A DNA stretch of 64,000 bases, taken from NCBI GenBank assembly GCA_002269645.1, contig NIVC01003669.1, positions 1 through 64,000 on the forward strand, read 5' to 3'. The translations under genes and the position numbers were made by a program. Positions 60,493 to 64,000 of this stretch are shown here, one piece after another (the first letter of the stretch is position 1; each line of letters begins with the position of its first letter). This DNA comes from Macrostomum lignano (Eukaryota). Below the pieces are notes generated by a model. The model had not been told where the DNA came from. It searched no databases and saw only the letters and a program-made list of their open reading frames with translations.

Positions 60493-60549
60493 TATATCAC
60501 AACAGGCTTTTAATATATAAGCCAAGCCTTATTGGCTAAATTGAGGGTC

Positions 60550-61110
60550 TAATCAATTTCATGAAAGGCAGTGCTTATCCCTATGGTACCGTAGGAATAA
60601 TTTCTATCTTATTCCAACAGTACTGTGAGAATAATTTTCTGCTTATCTGCATGGCACACTGACGAGATAGCTGTCCCATCTTCTACATATGCGGATATGC
60701 TGTGGGAATAATTTAGTTTAGTACTTACGGTTTGAGTGCAGTATAACAACATAACTTTGTTTGACAATTTGTTTAATAGAAATAAAGATTTAATGGCCTT
60801 TTATGCAAAAAATGCTAGTCGTGGTGTTGATCTAGATCAATAGCTTCTTAGTATCCTCAATTCAAATTCCCTTTCAAAAAGCTATAAACTATTCACATTA
60901 ATAGCATATATATGTAGAAAATATGGCAGTTATCTCGTCAGTGTGCCATGCGGATAAGCAGAAAATTATTCCCATGGCATATGTAGAAGATAGGGTAGCT
61001 ATCTTGTCAGTGTGCCATGCAGATATGCAGAAAATTATTCCCACAGTACTGTTGGAATAAGACAAATACTGTGCTATGTGGATAAGCATTGCCTTCATGA
61101 AAATTGGTTG
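60550..61110. repeat. Long inverted repeat (arms about 60550-60715 and 60925-61110) with an internal subrepeat; foldback-like
   Basis: For example CTTATTCCAACAGTACTGTG...TGCATGGCACACTGAC has its reverse complement at 61000-61060. Confidence 0.7.
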
Positions 61111-62505
61111 AGCTATTTTTCTGGAGTCAATTACATATATACTTAACCAAATTAGATAGATACAACTCATTCTTAGCATATAGGATAGGCCCTACAATAC
61201 AATTATGCCCATATCAACAAAATAATAAATAATTTGTAGGCATAACTGTGCTATTTCTTTTCATTTGTTTCTATTTTCATTTTCATTTTCATTTCTTTGT
61301 TGATTTATAAATTTTTGTAAAACTTTAGCCACCATATATTTTTTAAATGTAAGCCATAGGGTGTACTGAAAAAAGGTTTGAGAAAATTATTTAAGCCAAT
61401 TAAGTCAAAGGCAACAGTTGAGTTGATTTTTCATAGCAATGATAATGCTGAAGATGCAACATTTACTAAAGCAATTTATAAGCTAATAAATGTAATTGTA
61501 AAATGGAAAGCTTCAGATTTCCTGGGTTTACTTCTAAACGTCAGTTCGAAAAAATGTAACCAACAAGTCCCAGTCACTATACACCCAAGTGCTATAGGCT
61601 CGTTGATTCCTGTAAACTACTTGACAAGGTGTATTTTTAAAATAATGCACGTGCACTGTGATTAAAACAAATTTAGTTTAGTTTAATTTTATTAAAATTT
61701 AGAAAGGAAAAATAAAGATAGCAGTCAATTAGTTACTATTGTTACTAGAAAAATACATATTTATAAAAAAATTTCTGTTAGTGCAGGACAAAATATTTTT
61801 TAAGAATAATACCTTCAAAGAGCTCTTGAGAGCAATTCTACATTTAGCTATGCATGCATCAAAGATATTTTCCATGCATCAAGTAACATATACATAAAAT
61901 AAAATGTAGCTCGTATATGCGAATGAAGTCGTCCTTTGTGTTACAGTGAATTAATTGGCTTTAATCTGATCAATGATCATATATTATACTTCAAATGGTT
62001 CCACCATAAATAAAATTCTCGACGTGCCCATGGGGTCGCTTTCGCATACTATAGAAATTTCACATTGTCGAAGACAGCAAATTCATAAGCTTGAGCTTCA
62101 AAAGCCTGAAATTTCGAAATTTCCAATCGTCATATATAGTTGTTTATTGTTAAAGTTGTGAGCTAGCGAAAGTGACTAGGCTATAGCAAATGTTCGACAA
62201 TGTTAATTTTTTTATTTGACTTCCTATACGATGAGACATTTCAAAATTTCCAGAATAGATACAGTTGAGGAGCTCAACTGCAGATCATTCAATGAATGGA
62301 ATTGAAGTTGCATGTGGTACGTGTACAATTATGTACGTACAAATGTACACATACATATGTAGAACGCCGTTTAGTCAAGACTGAGCGAGGGCACTGCATG
62401 TCCACGACAATATCATTTATTCAGTATCATTTATTTATTCAACAATTACTTGACTGTGAGAGCATAGCCAGTGTGTAAATATAGTTCACATACAATTGCT
62501 ATATT

Positions 62506-63342
62506 AGGTCGTATGAATAAAATGAGCAATACCTTGCGAGTTCAAGCTTAAACGCTGAGACTGAGCTACTGCTCAGGTCTGAGATTTTGCTCCGAGTCGG
62601 AGCATCTGCTCAAGGTCAGTATGAATAAAGTTGGGACTCCTAGTCAGAGTTCAGACTTTTGGTCTCAGAGCTGTAACTCCAATATTGCGATACTTTAAAC
62701 CATAGACAAATGTTGTTTTCTAAGAGTATGCTACGAGTATATGCTTTGTGTTTTATGCAGAATCCTTCTTTCTGTTTTCCCCTTGTGGCTTCTTTATAAT
62801 CGGTTAAGTCTGTGCATCAAATCACGAATGAAGCCGGCATCAGCGCACCGCCTCTTGTCTCTGTGCTGCCGTTCAGAAAGCGCGTGGCCAGATACTGCAC
62901 GTTGGTGCGAGAAAATCGGTAGAGTCGACCATACTCCGTGTCTCTAGTCAAGTCGGAAGATCGGCGCTCCGGATAAAACTTCCGTCGAGCGGGAGCACGT
63001 GCAGCAAAGAACTCAGCCATACTGCCAAAGAACTCAGTCAAAGAACATCAGCAACTAGAAAGCGTTAGTTACAGCAACCAGTAGAGTATAGATGGCTGAG
63101 GCAGGCAGAGGGCTGCCTCAACATTTTGTGAGTTGCAGCTCAGAAAAGATTGTCTATGGCCCGAGTTTATTCATACAGACCGGAGAGTTTGCTCAGCCCC
63201 GGATTTTTTCGCTGACACTCGGAGCAACAACTTTCAAGTCAAAACTCATGAGCTGTTGCTCGGAAGTCACTGCTCCGTTTTTTCATACTGACTTGAGATT
63301 TTGTGCGAGTCTGAGCAATTGCTCATTTTATTCATACGGCCT
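62506..63342 (-). mobile_element. PIF/Harbinger-type internal-deletion element with a transposase N-terminal remnant (63020->62840)
   Basis: 25-bp TIRs (24/25) AGG(T/C)CGTATGAATAAAATGAGCAAT; ATT flanks on both sides; peptide ...EYGRLYRFSRTNVQYLATRFL...ETRGGAL typical of Harbinger transposase N-termini. Confidence 0.78.
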
Positions 63343-63693
63343 ATTGGAATCGAGGAGGAGGGCTCGAGCTAATTTATTTGAAATTAAATTGAAAATCAAG
63401 TTGTTCGTCATGATTCGTCAAATTTCTTATAATGTAATTCATCTACAGGTTATACTTTAGTTCATTCAGCCGCTTTTTCATCTATTAGGCGTAGGGAAAG
63501 ATATAAATACTACTGTAGAGCCGCCCGTACAGCAATCCGACTTCGGGTAAACGTCGACGGACGTCGGAATGTTGCTCAGGCTTAATTGGACGCAGATGCA
63601 AAGTTATACGCGCGTAAATAATTAAAAACGGCTGCAAACATGTACATTTGCATGTTAATTTTCTCAAAACGCCATATGGATTAAGTCCAAGTC

Positions 63694-64000
63694 CTAGGGT
63701 GCCGCTTTCGACTGCTTTATCTCCAATGCCCGGGAATTCGGCGGGGTTTTGGCCACATCGTAGGCGCTCAGCCGGCTTATAATTGTCTCGAGCTCTGCTT
63801 TGGTGACGCCCGGCTTTCCCTGACTGCCACCGTTCGAGCCCCGATAGAAATCGTAGCGATTCTGTCCCAGCTCGTGTCGACCGACCCGCGACTCCACGGG
63901 CCAGCGGCTGAAGTCGCACTGCTGCAGCCGGTTGAAAATCTCTCGAGCCTCGGCTTCGCTCACTGTCCGGTGGCTGTGCTTTGGCTGCTGCTGGTTGTCA
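63694..64000 (-). CDS. Partial coding exon of an unknown protein (frame open to the window edge)
   Basis: GC-rich stop-free frame DNQQQPK...EAREIFNRL...ELETIISRLS...AP*, with an AT-richer 3' flank. Confidence 0.45.
   Translation of the reverse strand, partial: DNQQQPKHSHRTVSEAEAREIFNRLQQCDFSRWPVESRVGRHELGQNRYDFYRGSNGGSQGKPGVTKAELETIISRLSAYDVAKTPPNSRALEIKQSKAAP

Overview
Eukaryotic (metazoan) genomic DNA, not prokaryotic. It has GT-AG introns, GC-rich exons rich in Ala/Gln/Gly runs, and AT-rich TE-laden spacers. This style suggests a free-living flatworm such as Macrostomum (inference only). On the minus strand, 5'->3': (i) a partial unknown ORF at the right edge (63694->64000); (ii) a nest of non-autonomous DNA transposons (hAT-type, Harbinger-type, foldback, unclassified; 55974-63342); (iii) an ATG-less terminal exon weakly resembling the NOL8 C-terminus (54762-55361); (iv) a complete 11-exon DEPDC5 (GATOR1) gene (53273->39975, 1828 aa by my exon model); (v) the 5' roughly three quarters of HYDIN (38275->1, about 26-28 exons, running off the left edge, with several single-base frameshifts in the last visible exon). 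An intronless ankyrin-repeat gene sits antisense inside DEPDC5 intron 10 (42354-43265, +). The most striking non-genic pattern is that all 10 DEPDC5 introns and most HYDIN introns each carry their own tandem array (14-69 bp units, plus some 4-12 bp microsatellite-like arrays), often reaching the splice signals and often built around a short palindrome. Other oddities are a degenerate minimal hammerhead-ribozyme motif in a HYDIN intron, a possibly dual-frame HYDIN exon whose acceptor lies in a (GACA)n run, and possible trans-splice/operon organisation. Exon boundaries were read by eye (GT/AG plus phase continuity). Homology calls come from remembered protein motifs, not from database searches. 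Most long ORFs in the supplied track are translations of tandem repeats.
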